DNA from: Botryllus schlosseri
Taxonomy: Eukaryota
Direction: 5' to 3'
DNA length: 64,000 nucleotides
NCBI GenBank assembly: GCA_051294905.1
Contig: CM119371.1
Location: 2,358,001 to 2,422,000, forward strand
The position numbers and the translations under genes are program-made. Of the stretch, positions 48,741 to 60,522 are shown piece by piece. Under the pieces are notes generated by a model that did not search any database, was not told where the DNA came from, and saw nothing but the letters and a program-made list of their open reading frames with translations. Positions within the stretch are counted from its first letter, which is position 1, and each line of letters starts with the position of its first letter.

Positions 48741-50764
48741 AGATCAATGGAAAATTTCTAGGCTGATAAGGACCGAGTCTATTTGCCTCTAATTATTGCT
48801 CTAAAACGGAAACTGTGCGTACGGCGTACTGCGCAGTGACTAGGAGAGTGTGCGCAGACCCGTCAAAAATTAGTGAGAACATTATGGTTGTAACCAAGTC
48901 ACAAGGTTATAAGTCACAGGGAAATCCTACTCTTATAGTTTTGACTCTGGTCAAATCGACTAATTCTCAATTCAGCACTGAGTCAAGTGCCAGGACATGT
49001 CATTGTTGCGCTTTTGAGTTTCAAGTTCTAGTCATGTTCATGGCACTTTTTATACAACTTCGACATGGTTCTTCCCCACAAAAAGCATTTCCAGGTTCCA
49101 ATGTATCCAGTAACAGCATTACTGGTAGACGAAAAACGAATAATGGGGTAACTTTACTCTTTTTCGCAGGTACAATGACATGCTGTATTAGCAGTCCAAG
49201 TCTCGAGTCACATAACTTCTACAGTCGGCGGGCCGGATATAGGAAAATTAAGTACTTGGCGGGCCGGATTGCTGAATCGATACATTGCTGACGATTACCC
49301 CTGGCTAGTATCGGCGTCCAGTCTCTCCTGTCTCTCTTTACACTCGCAGCTATCTCATACCCAAGACTGCATATACACATGGAAATGAATGACAATAAGT
49401 AACTTTATTGAGATTAATCTACAGTGCAATGAGCACAATAACAATGACTAGGTGGTAGCTCTTGCCCTGGGTAGCAACAATCCTTGAATATCCGCCAGTC
49501 ACTGCCGTCACCGATAAAATACTGGACAAATCAACTTTGCAATTGTATACCCAATCCGTGATCATCGCATTTGGATTTTTACCGTTGCATTTGTTGCAAT
49601 AATTTCCTGGTTCCTGGCTCGTCCGTGAAACGATTGCCCAATACAAGCTATAGTTGGCAACTGGGAGATTCCATAGGATGTGTGTGTGCGTCTAAGAATC
49701 GTATGTATAAAGGGTATAGTGATGAAATTGACCACGGAATTACATACTGTTCTGCGAGGTCTTCCCACGGGGGAGCTTCCTTAAACTGCCCCCCTCAAAT
49801 AAATGTTTTCTGGCTACACCCTTGTTTGTATTGCCTTTGACTTTTTCTCTCCGCCGACACATTGAAATTAGAAGTCTTGCTCTTCCTGCGCGGTGGCGGA
49901 TTGCCACAGACATTAGCTAAGTAAAACTGAAATGATCCGCGCCGCCCAAGAAGTTTAGCGCCGTGGTAGTGACTTCTGTGTTTTGCCACGCGTTGCATAG
50001 CCTAGACTTCAATCGACATGGTAGAATCATTCATCATCTACTAGAATGTAGCCTAGAAAACAGACACAAGCATGAGCAATGGGAACTTGGTTCAGAAACC
50101 TTACAATATGTCCACAGCAGTCCTAAAATATTACAGCTATATCGTCAGACAACACTTCTTGGTCTGACGATTTCATATGTATGCATGCATATCAAAATGT
50201 CATTCTATAATATTACAATGTCAAACTCGAAAATTGAGAGGGCAACGGTGCCCCTGAATTAATGTACTTCAGTTAGTGACTAAGGGTTGAGATCATAGAT
50301 GTTACTTAAGTTACGGTTACCAAGTAACGCATGCTTTAGTACTGAGTAAAACTCAATTGCGGATCACAAAGTTACCTCAGACCTAAAGTGAGTTTTAACG
50401 GCACTCAAAACGTCCGTAACTCACGTTACGTGTAGCGTTAACTTGAGTGCGCGGCATGTAGCTTTTTTGGTAGGGTGAGAGCTCAGACGTTACAGTTGGT
50501 CAATCATCCAAGGCCTCACTACTCGTCACACGGCAACGGCGTCAGCATAGTTATACCACAATGACCTACACAATCGTGATGCGAATACATTTACAAGTAT
50601 CTTAAGACGATGGATTTTAAACGGAGTATTGAATAAATTGCAATTTGTAATTGAGATATAAAATTCGAAAATATTAGGCGGACCAGCAGGAGACTTGCCA
50701 CGGACCGGAGGTTGAGATGAGAACCACTGGTATAGTGAATTGGATACTAGATGATGAATATCAG

Positions 50765-51415
50765 GATCGCACGGGGTGTATCTAATCTGTATATGTCGAC
50801 GTTTGGCGTCGGATATATCAGCTATCAAGACGCCACGGGCTGCATCTAATTTGTGCATGTCGATTGTCGCCGTTTGGCGTCTGAAGGGATATATCGACTA
50901 TCAAGACTCCATCGAATACATCTAATGTGTACATGCCGGCGTTTGCAGTCTGATATATCAACTATCCAGACGCCACGGAGTGCATCTAACTTGTATATGT
51001 CGACGATTGGCGTCGGATATATCAGCTATCAACACGACACAGGCTGCATCTAATTTGTACATGTCGATTGTCGCCGTTTGGCGTCTGGACGTATATATGG
51101 ACGAACAAGACGCCACAGAACGGATCTAATTTGTACATGCCATCGTTTGGTGTCTGATATATCAACTATCCAGACGCGACGGGTGCACCTAACTTGTATA
51201 CGCCTACGTGTGGCGTCGGATATATCGACTGTCAAGACGCCACCGGCTGCATCTAATTTGTGTATGTCGATTGTCGCTGATTGACGTCCGAACGGATATA
51301 ACGACTATCAAGACGCCACCGAATGCATCTAATTTGTGCATGCCGGCGTTTGGAGTCTGATATATCAACTATCAAGACGCCACGGGTGCATCTCATTTGT
51401 ATGTCGACGTTTGTC
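50765..51415. repeat. Minisatellite: ~10 monomers in a 64+76+64 bp (~204 bp) higher-order repeat
   Basis: Monomers start GCATCTAA-like at ~50778, 50842, 50918, 50982, 51046, 51122, 51185, 51249, 51325 and 51388. Every third monomer carries the GATTGTCGC insertion. Confidence 0.92.
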
Positions 51416-51934
51416 GCATGTGAGGGCTATGCCGAAAATACGTGGAATTTAGTTGATAGACAGCAAGCGCTAGCTAGCTATGTCATACGGGGATGAATGG
51501 ATAGGCTATTTCTAAGAAGTCTGAAGGACAGAATGTAAGTAGTCTATATAAAAAAACTTGTAATTCTGGGCTGACGCTGTGTTCTACAAGGTTAGTCCAG
51601 TGTACAAGCACAGCATGATCATACAACTTTCAAAACTGATTTTGCATTTACTGAAACGATCTTCTTCAGCGGTAACGATTTTAATAAGGTGTGTAAAGTC
51701 CTCAGCTCAAGTCATTGCAGCCAATGCTACAAGAAAACTCGGGCAGCTATCAAACAAATAACTGTAGCAGACATCATTCCGCTATCGACGAATATAATAA
51801 TGCAGCGATCAATCCCTTTTATCCACCAGCCTTGCCTTCTCTAACTTTGCCTATAAATCAGATCCTGTACACGAGACGCTGTGCAACTGGCTACCTACAC
51901 ACGGCACAGCGGTCTCAAAATTGCCAGAAGCCGA

Positions 51935-52150
51935 ACGCCATGTCGCAGTATACGGCGTCCTAAAATGCTGGACGCCAGACGCCATATAGCACTTCATCCG
52001 CCAGTCTGCGTTTCAACCCATTCACACGGCAGACGCCATGTAGCAATTCAGCCGTCAGTCTGCGTTTCAACCCGGTCAGACGCCAGATGCCACGTAAAGA
52101 CCCAGCCGCAGGGTGGCGTTTGGCGTGTGGCGGGTTGGCGTCTAGCGGGT
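51935..52150. repeat. Short GACGCCA-rich tandem repeat (~54 bp units)
   Basis: CAGACGCCAT.TAGCA.TTCA.CCG.CAGTCTGCGTTTCAACCC occurs twice plus partial units; shares the GACGCCA word with 50765-51415. Confidence 0.75.
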
Positions 52151-53399
52151 TTAACCCGGTCTCAAAAGACGAGTGCAAAGACTGAAATTGTTGAAAAGCG
52201 AAAATTTGTTGACATGCCAAGTAGAATTTTGAAATAGTGCGGCTGCAATCATAGTCCGTGAAATAAGCATTGTATTTGTTGAAATTAGCATGCTAGTTTC
52301 GGATTCCTCATCAAATATTTTAGAGTGCGTGAAAATCAAGCGGGCTAAGTTGGAAATACGCTGCGAATTTCTTGCAATACAACGATTCAAGTACCTATAT
52401 TTCCTAGCAATTGCTGTAGGCGCGATAAGATTTTAGATAGTAACTTTTTCGTATATCGATCGGAAATGGATATGTTCAAAGACTGTATAATTACTTCTCT
52501 TTACTTACATAACATGTGACTCACTCCACGTCGCAGCAAGTTAGGTCTGAATAAACAATGGCGCATACATAGCTTTCAGTAAATGATATATATGTTGGAG
52601 CGAGTCAACGGGCGATATAATTTGTTTGCTTCCGTTGATTTTGCAACACTGCGTGGATACGGACGGATTGGCTTTGTTAAATATGTACTATGGGACAAAT
52701 TCAAACACTACAGTGTTGACTTCACGGTGATTCATAATTCGTAACGTACATCGGTGAAATCGAAGCTGCGATTACAGAATGATAAGTTCACTAACTAATT
52801 GAATGCTAAACTGAGTATCACTATTTGTGCTGGAGGGTCGGTTGCCTTTATAAATCCAAAGATTTTTTAAATATTTGAAAAAATTACTCGCGGACGTTGA
52901 TGGGTAAACGCTCACTAACAATCAGAGAAACATCATATTGGTAAAAGTTAATTCTGTTAATCGTATAGGATGATTCGCATTATTCCAGATGGTCGTTGCG
53001 TTGACGCACATTTCTGATCTCCGCATAGAGCATATTTACACGACCCAGATAATGGAATCCAAGCAATATCCCCAATAAATCCAATATCGCTCTGTATGTC
53101 GTGGAGGCAGAGAAATGTAATTAATAGAGGTAGTTTGCCTGCAGTAGCACAATTGGGGATTTCAAGAAGCAGTGACTGTTAACATGGTTCGATCGAACAC
53201 CGGGATTCAACGAGCCTGTTTCAGGGGTACGTCGTGACTGTATTGTGAAATATTAACACTTAGTTAGACCGACTTATGATTTATCAGCAAAATATCTTTG
53301 TAAAGATATACGAACCCAAACTTGTGTGGGGCTCACGTGATGATAAATAACGATCAGCGTGTTTGATGGTGGATCTAATGATGTCATCTGCGTGTAATA

Positions 53400-54260
53400 C
53401 ACATAAAAATATATTCTTCCTGGAGCAGCTTTTTCAAGGGAATCATTCCACACGACACTGGTTTAATTGCGTGCTTCTGATTTTTACTAATCTAAAGCAG
53501 AACAGCACCCGCGAACTCGTTATACCTAACCTACATGTCGTAAGCTTCGAAATCTTAAATAAGGATTTCAGGGCGCGTTACTTGATCAGAGGGACAGTGC
53601 ATACATGGATCATCAGAAAAATTAAGCTACTACTCCCAGATTATAGCTGCTAATACTTTTCCGAATTGAACTAGCCATTAAGATATTTATCCAACGTATA
53701 TGGACCGTTTATGAAAATCGTTTCATACCCGTGGTTGTCAAACTCAGTCAATGCAGCAATCGCTTGCGCAATCATATAATGTAACAAGGATAGTTGTCAG
53801 AACAATATAATTGAGCATATCCTCCGTCACTTTCATATAGGTTGTCAGCCGCACTATTTCTTACTGTAAATAAATATGATAACCGACTATAGCCTTGACT
53901 TATCTTCTGATTGATGATACGCCTTTATTCGCTACTGTACTTGCCGAATGCTGATACATATTGCCACAATGAAAAGTCTCAACTCAAGGTACGCTCTGCA
54001 AGATTCGTTTTTAGCGCAATCAGCGGTATCGCAATATGATAGTCAAGTGGTTCATCGGTCGCCTTTTCTATAGCTAGCTTACCGTTATTTATTTGCAATC
54101 TAGCAAACATTCCGTTCTCTAAAAAACTATAGGAGAGCAATCGACGTTCTGCCCAAATGACGTGTGATATGAATATGATACATAACGTAGGCATCATCAC
54201 CGAACTATACAACGCTTTGCGATTCTCTTCATTCAATATTTCTTGAAATCTAATCAATGA
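53400..54260 (-). mobile_element. Possible highly decayed CR1/L2-type LINE 3' fragment
   Basis: RKALYSSVMMPTL...VIW and a later VVWND resemble L2/CR1 ORF2 C-terminal motifs; weak. Confidence 0.3.
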
Positions 54261-55194
54261 ATCGGCAATTCAAAATGTTTACCAATATTTTCAAGTAACT
54301 GCATTACCAATTGCAGCCACGACTATATATGAGCACTTGGTCGCTAGCTATTACCCACATAGACGTCGTGATGTAAAATTTAACGTGTACTACAAATAGC
54401 CGACGGTGGAACATGGAATGGGTAAATTATGTACGTAAGCGGGGAAGCGTCGGAGACGGTATTGCCATGGATTGCATTAGGTTCAGGGGCATATATGCCA
54501 GTGTTTCTCAAACTTTTTCCGACCGCGTACCACTAATTAGTTTAACTTCACGGCGTAGGCCAACCATATGGATGCCAAAATGACCTCTTAATAGTCAAAT
54601 GTACCAGTAATATTAGTAATTGGCGTTCATAATAGATCATAACACCAGTGAATAGTTACAAAGGCGGATTTGATTTGCCAAATATAACTGTTTCCTCCAG
54701 ACCAGATTGTCCAGGAGGCGTATAGCAATATTCATAACTCATAGGCAAATATGTCAATTGTCGAGGCTCACTTGGACGATCTCTTCCATTTAATGGCATG
54801 ATAATGTATTGGTATGGGGTGATTACTTCATGAATGTAATCGATTGCGATTACGATTACTTCTGAATCACGCGATTACGATAACGATTACGATTACAGCA
54901 AAATCAGGAAGTAGTCGAATACGATAACATTGGAAAAGTAATCAAGATTACATTTATTTTGCTTCTTAGAACTAATCTTAGAAGATATATTGGAAGACAA
55001 TATAAGAATTGCAATGAAAAGGCCTAATGAGATAACTAATTTATTGAAATATGAGGGTTTATTTGCTTGCTACTTCATAATGGGCCATTGCCCAACTTTA
55101 TAGGGCAAGATTTATCGCATAAAAAAGGTTCACAGTGCAGAACCTAGCCAGTTTCGTTTGTGAACGTGAACCTCTAAATTTCTGAGGTTCACAC

Positions 55195-57720
55195 CAGAGT
55201 TGGATCAATTGTAATTTGTAATTGTAATTGAATGTAGGGGAGATGTGGTACCGATGGATCACTGGGACCGAAAATACTTTGAAAATTCTCTATGATAATT
55301 CCATGATTACACTCCGTGAACTTGTCCACAATTGCTTGCTGGCAAAATCTTTCCTCGCATACAAAAAAATTCGACGTGCGCGAGCTATGGGGTCTCTCAC
55401 AGATGTTTTTTGTTTTGGGGGGTGTAAACTAAATTTATATCGACATATACATTTTTCTTTGTAACCTTCAACACGAACAAACCAGCAATCATTTTTATTG
55501 TGAAGTGCAGGGCTTGTATCAGGCTATATAATGGCACCTATTATTTTTTCAGTACTTTCCTTGAGTGGAATTTTTTTCGATTCATGTATAAAATTCGTAG
55601 GGTGGGGACCGATGATAGAATAGCCAAATCAAGCAAAATAATCAAGCATACTAATCATAAAACAAATGAAACATGCCTACGTACAGAAAATCTTTATGTA
55701 ATAATTGCATATGATGTTTTATCGCTATAACGAGGTGTTTGGAAGTCACACTGTCGATTTTCGGGCAATATGTATGTACCCTCAAATTTATAAGTCCGAG
55801 CCTAAATCGAAACGTGATTTTATGACAACATTTGAGTTAATATTCATTCTATTTCTTGACGGTTGCGATCAAACATTCTTCTTTGGCTTACTGTAGCTTA
55901 GATTATAATACTGAGCAAGAAAAGTTGTCACATCTGAGGTATTTAGGGCATATGTGTCATAGGTACCCTGGTCGTGTGCCATTGGACCCACCGGGTGGGG
56001 ACCGATGACACGTTCGAGCAACAAATTTTGAACGTACATAAATATTTTTTGAAAAGACGGATATTCATGTATATGTGCGCGATAGGTAGAGCTTGTATCA
56101 AAGTGCTGAGCCAGCAAAAGACCTACTGTTTTCGGCTGAACATTTTGGGGCCAGCGATCATTTTCCAATTTTTGATCCATCGGTACCACATCTCCCCTAT
56201 TTAATTACATTTTTCAATGTAATTGTAATGTAATTGTAATTGAAGCATTTTTATTTTGTGTAATTGTAATTGTAATTGTAATTTGACAAAAAATTTGCTC
56301 AATTAAAATTTCAATTACATTAAATTGCTATTGAGACCTGACAAGCACAACATAAAATATTTGACTTATAATGCATTCTCTTTAAATGTCGACAAGGAAT
56401 TTGGTGGATCCATTCGCCGAAGCCCTTGACTGCGCCCTTGCGGGCGAAGTTTTTTTATTTTTACCGCTATGCTGGCCTCGGCTGCCATTGTATACAATTT
56501 TTAGATTACTAACCAACGGATGGATTCGCAACACGTGACTCACGATTGAATACGCCGAGAAGCGAACTGCTGAGCCTGCTAAAAGCAGCGGAATTGATAG
56601 TCCCATAGCTGGCGATCCAAGCGTCGAAATTTGATTTGTATGGTCCTAATCGGAAGCTAGTGTCGCACTGATTCCGCAATAAAAGTATATTTCCAGGCAA
56701 TGGTACCACCCCAAAATAGTCGTGATAGTCTGGGAATCGGCATTGTTCTGAACAATCGCTGGGCGTAATTGGTAATTGTTGTGGTCATGCTGCTGCAGCG
56801 CTCTCACTTTTCAGAACAGTCGGCCTTAAACGGCTATTTTGGACCAGTTACATTGCCCTGACGAGAATTTATTTTGTATTTTCGGAATCAGTACATCAAT
56901 AGCTTACGATAAAGACCAGATGCATCAAATTTGGACGCATGGATCGCCAGCTCTAGGACTACAAAGTTTGCTGCTTTTAGCCGGCTCTGCAGTACGTTTG
57001 TCGGTGCATTCATCCGTGACTAACATCTAGCGCATCTATCCGTGGGTTGGCAATCTACAATACGATTTCAGATCACGATGCTGCATCGTTACTTCGTCTG
57101 GCTAACTAACCAGACCACTGGATATTATATAACGTCTTATCTGACAAAGCACGGTTTTGTTTTTACTCCTCATCCTAATTCCTACGTCCCTTGATAAAAA
57201 TAATATTATTTCTTTAATTATATACTCTATACTCAAATCCAACACGTGCATATATTTAAATACTTTTTCAACGACATACTGCACCCTATCCTTACTCCTA
57301 ACCCATAGGAAATTAGGTAAATAACATTTTACATTTCCAATTACGTGAGACATAATTACCGAGCATACAAAACAGGCTTATATTACGTCACAATGACATC
57401 TTACATTGCATACTATGTACGCACATAAACGTATTTATTACTACACAATCTGAACTAGACTTGAATTGTTGTTAAATACGACGCTACGGTTGTGAAGGAG
57501 CACGGTTGAATTTATGATTATTCAATTACATGTTCAACAGCAGCAATTGTAATTGTAATTGTAATGTAATTGAAGCATGCAAGGAGTAATTGTAATTATA
57601 ATTGTAATTTGATATTTTTAGCATGGAGTAATTGTAATTGTAATGTAATTGAAACATGCATGAAAGTAATTGTAATTGTAATTGTAATTGAACTGAAATA
57701 ATGTAATTGATCCAACTCTG
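55195..57720. mobile_element. hAT-type element with (GTAATT)n subterminal arrays, inserted in a GTGAAC-repeat MITE
   Basis: TIR CAGAGTTGGATCAATT; perfect TSD GTTCACAC. Host MITE pieces at ~55126-55194 and 57729-57768. Confidence 0.93.
55237..56197. mobile_element. Non-autonomous TA-target DNA transposon (Tc1/mariner-superfamily type), nested in 55195-57720
   Basis: Perfect 25-bp TIR GGGGAGATGTGGTACCGATGGATCA flanked by TA on both sides; internal GGGACCGA(TGA) repeats. Confidence 0.9.
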
Positions 57721-57839
57721 GTTCACACACAGAACGCGAACGTGAACCTCACGTTCACACCATCCCTACTAGATAAGTCTTCGCGAAGATATCACGAACT
57801 TTAGCCTACAACGTTATCCAATATCGTTGGATCGCTGTT

Positions 57840-59760
57840 AAAACGTCCTTCAACTCCCAATTTATTCAGCTCACTCGCGCAGCATGATGTAGTTGTCTCC
57901 TTTGATCTTTATATATCACACAATGTAACAAAAAGTGCTCTACAGATTCTTCTGCATTACATTGCTGACATAGTGGAGTCTCAGGACAACGGATCTTATG
58001 CAGATGTTGATTCAATCTGCAATGGCCGCTTCTTAATCTCAGTAGAATCACGTTTCTTCGACGTGTTCCAATTTGAGCTCTTCCGGTCTCAGTGCTTCGG
58101 TATATCTGATCCAATTCACATCTACAATGATGTCATAAGACGGATACGTCGGACAAGGCATCACGCAGAGGTAATAAGTGATTGTTCCCTTCATCCCTTC
58201 TTGACGCAGCGTCTTTGGCTAATTGATCGGCGATTTCGTTACCACGAATATCAGCATGCCCAGGTATCCAGATGAACGTGATTGATTTAATGTTATTTTG
58301 AAGTTCTGCAATATATTCTAATATATCGTTTACAACGTAGTCATTGAACGATCCATGATTGGCGATGGCGGTTAGGGCACTCAAACTGTCACTTACTATA
58401 GCAATTTTACTCTGCATGTTCCTTTCAACCCACGATAATACATCTTTAATGGCATGCAACTCTACATAAAATATTGAAAAACATTTAGGAAACGTCGCAG
58501 ACAATTTTACATTCAACCGAGGAATGTATAGGCCTACGGCAGGGGTCACCAACACGCGGCCCGCGGGCCGCATGCGGCCCGCCAAGTCATATTCTGCGGC
58601 CCGCGACCTGATTTGAGATTTCGGAAGAAAGCTAAGAGAACCAATTTGAAATGCTGAAATTGACTACAGTTTCAACATGTTGCTGTTGTTGTTTCAAAAT
58701 AAGCTATTCTCTTGTGCCCAATATCACTATTCGTCACTAGCAAAAACGGCTGTGGTGATGGCAACAACACTCCATCGAGGGAGAATCAGCTGATATGAAT
58801 GGGCAGTCTTGACATGCAATGACGCAAACACTGCCAAAACCGAGACGCTTAGAAAACGGCTTAGGGCAGTGACAGTGGCAGTGGCGCGAAAGCATCAGAA
58901 GGGGAGGCGGAGATGCGCACAAATGAAAAAAATTTCGCGGCCCCACGAGGGGCGCGAGCTCCCAATTTTAGGGACCACTGCCCTAAGCCGTTTTCTAAGT
59001 GTCTCGGTCTTGGCAGTGTTTGGGCCATTGCAAGTCAAGACAGTATGCCCATTCATATCAGCTGAGATTCTCCCTCGATGGAATGTTATTGCTCTGTGTA
59101 TAGTCCGGAATTCATCTTAGAGAATTCTCTTATCAACATTCAACAGTCATTCCCTTCCATGCCATCAAACTAGACGTTGGGATTCCTAGCATTCTGGTCG
59201 CATTTTATGATATGACGATTTTTGAGTATCTTAAATGGGGGCGTGTCTAAAAAAGTTTGAGAACCGCTGGCTTCGGGTTTCGCCACAAGATCAAGCTTTA
59301 CGTGAAGATGGTCTTTCGGCTAGTCATGTATCTCGCTAGTCCCAATATCGATTTCTTAGTCGCTGAAAATCGTTTCCAGGTATCGTGCCCAGCTCACAGT
59401 TCAAAATAAAATAAAATTGATGATAATGATCTTTTGTTGTATTTGTAATCCTTAAATAAAATATTATTTCGTTCGTGGTCAATATACCCATCGCATATGT
59501 TAGGTAGCTCACCGTCGTACTGACGTCGAGTTTTAGAACGTTGTTACATCGATATCGAATTCATGCGGCCCGCCGCGTCTACGAAATTTGAAAAGTGGCC
59601 CGCGACCCGTTTTGAGTTGGCGACCCCTGGCCTACGGCATAACCACATCCTGACGATGTCTTCGAACCATCCGTATATACAAGTGTATGATCACTGCAGT
59701 CCGAGAAAATATGGTCCCGGAATACCACCTTCAACAATTTCTGCAGATGACAGCATTTTA
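57840..59760 (-). mobile_element. Second I-clade-like LINE 3' fragment (RNase H plus CCHC), split by a MITE
   Basis: VYTDGSKTSSGCGYAVG|LYIP..ELHAIKDVL..IVSDSLSAL..WIPGHADIRGNEIADQLAK; LRLRSGHCRLN..PLCQQCNAEESVEHFLLHC. Confidence 0.9.
58540..59629. mobile_element. hAT MITE inserted in the LINE RNase H
   Basis: TIR CAGGGGTC(A/G)CCAAC; perfect TSD GCCTACGG. Confidence 0.95.
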
Positions 59761-60289
59761 AATATCTCTTAGTGTGAAATTACAATTAAATGTACACGGT
59801 AGCCTACGTAATGGCATGTATATTCCGTCTTATGTTCCGAATACGGCATCCATACGCAAAGCCATATAACTAGAATTTTGTCATTCGAACTTATCTAACT
59901 GCGTAATAATATAAATAATATATTTGATTATATGATGCAAACATTCATCGAACTTCATTTGTAAATCAATCTGATTGGTTCAGTTGATGATGAGTTGAGC
60001 GATTATCAAACAAATGACGCGGCTGCAACTTTGGAATCGTAAAATGAGCTCCGCGCACGTATTAAATGTTTGGCGTCGACTGATATATGGTTTGTTTGTT
60101 TCAGTTGACTGTGCGGGTACCTTGGAATGCATTGGTCGTCACATTGCACATTGTACGTACTGTCAACGCACTTGATTTGACGCACTGATCATCTTCATTT
60201 AACATTCCTTGGTTGCAGAATGCTATGCCTGAGTCTGTTTACGTACCCCACAAGCTCGCAGTCCCTTACAAATTTCAAAGTTGACTTAC

Positions 60290-60522
60290 CCGGGTAATTC
60301 TGGTTTGCGGTAGGTCGTGGGTTCGATCCCCGATCATGTCAGGCCAAAGACTCGAAAACTGGTATCCGCGGCTATCTTGCTAGGCGCTCAGCAAATACGG
60401 ATAGCATGGAGGAGAAAAAACGGGACTGTAAGCTAGATGATCTTACTATAAAGGAGGTCGCATCTCCGTCGTCAAAGCTTGGTGATGGTGCGGGCGAAAA
60501 AGAATACCATATCTCTCTCTCT
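60290..60522 (+). mobile_element. tRNA-derived SINE
   Basis: B-box GGTTCGATCCC at 60320, core AAAGACTCGAAAACTGGTATCCGCGGCT..CTTGCTAGGCGCTCAGCA, and a (CT)n tail; homologous to 22875-23050. Confidence 0.8.

Noticed and set aside
46242..50729. Single large hAT element with CAGCGGTTCTC...GAGAACCACTG ends
   Set aside because: The flanking 8-mers TTATAGAT and GTATAGTG match only 5/8, so pairing of the ends is unsupported.
50765..51415. CRISPR-like array of palindromic repeats
   Set aside because: The whole monomer is repeated with no unique spacers, there are no cas genes, and the context is eukaryotic.
60300..60345. tRNA gene
   Set aside because: Only a B-box/T-arm-like motif with no cloverleaf; it continues into a SINE core and tail.
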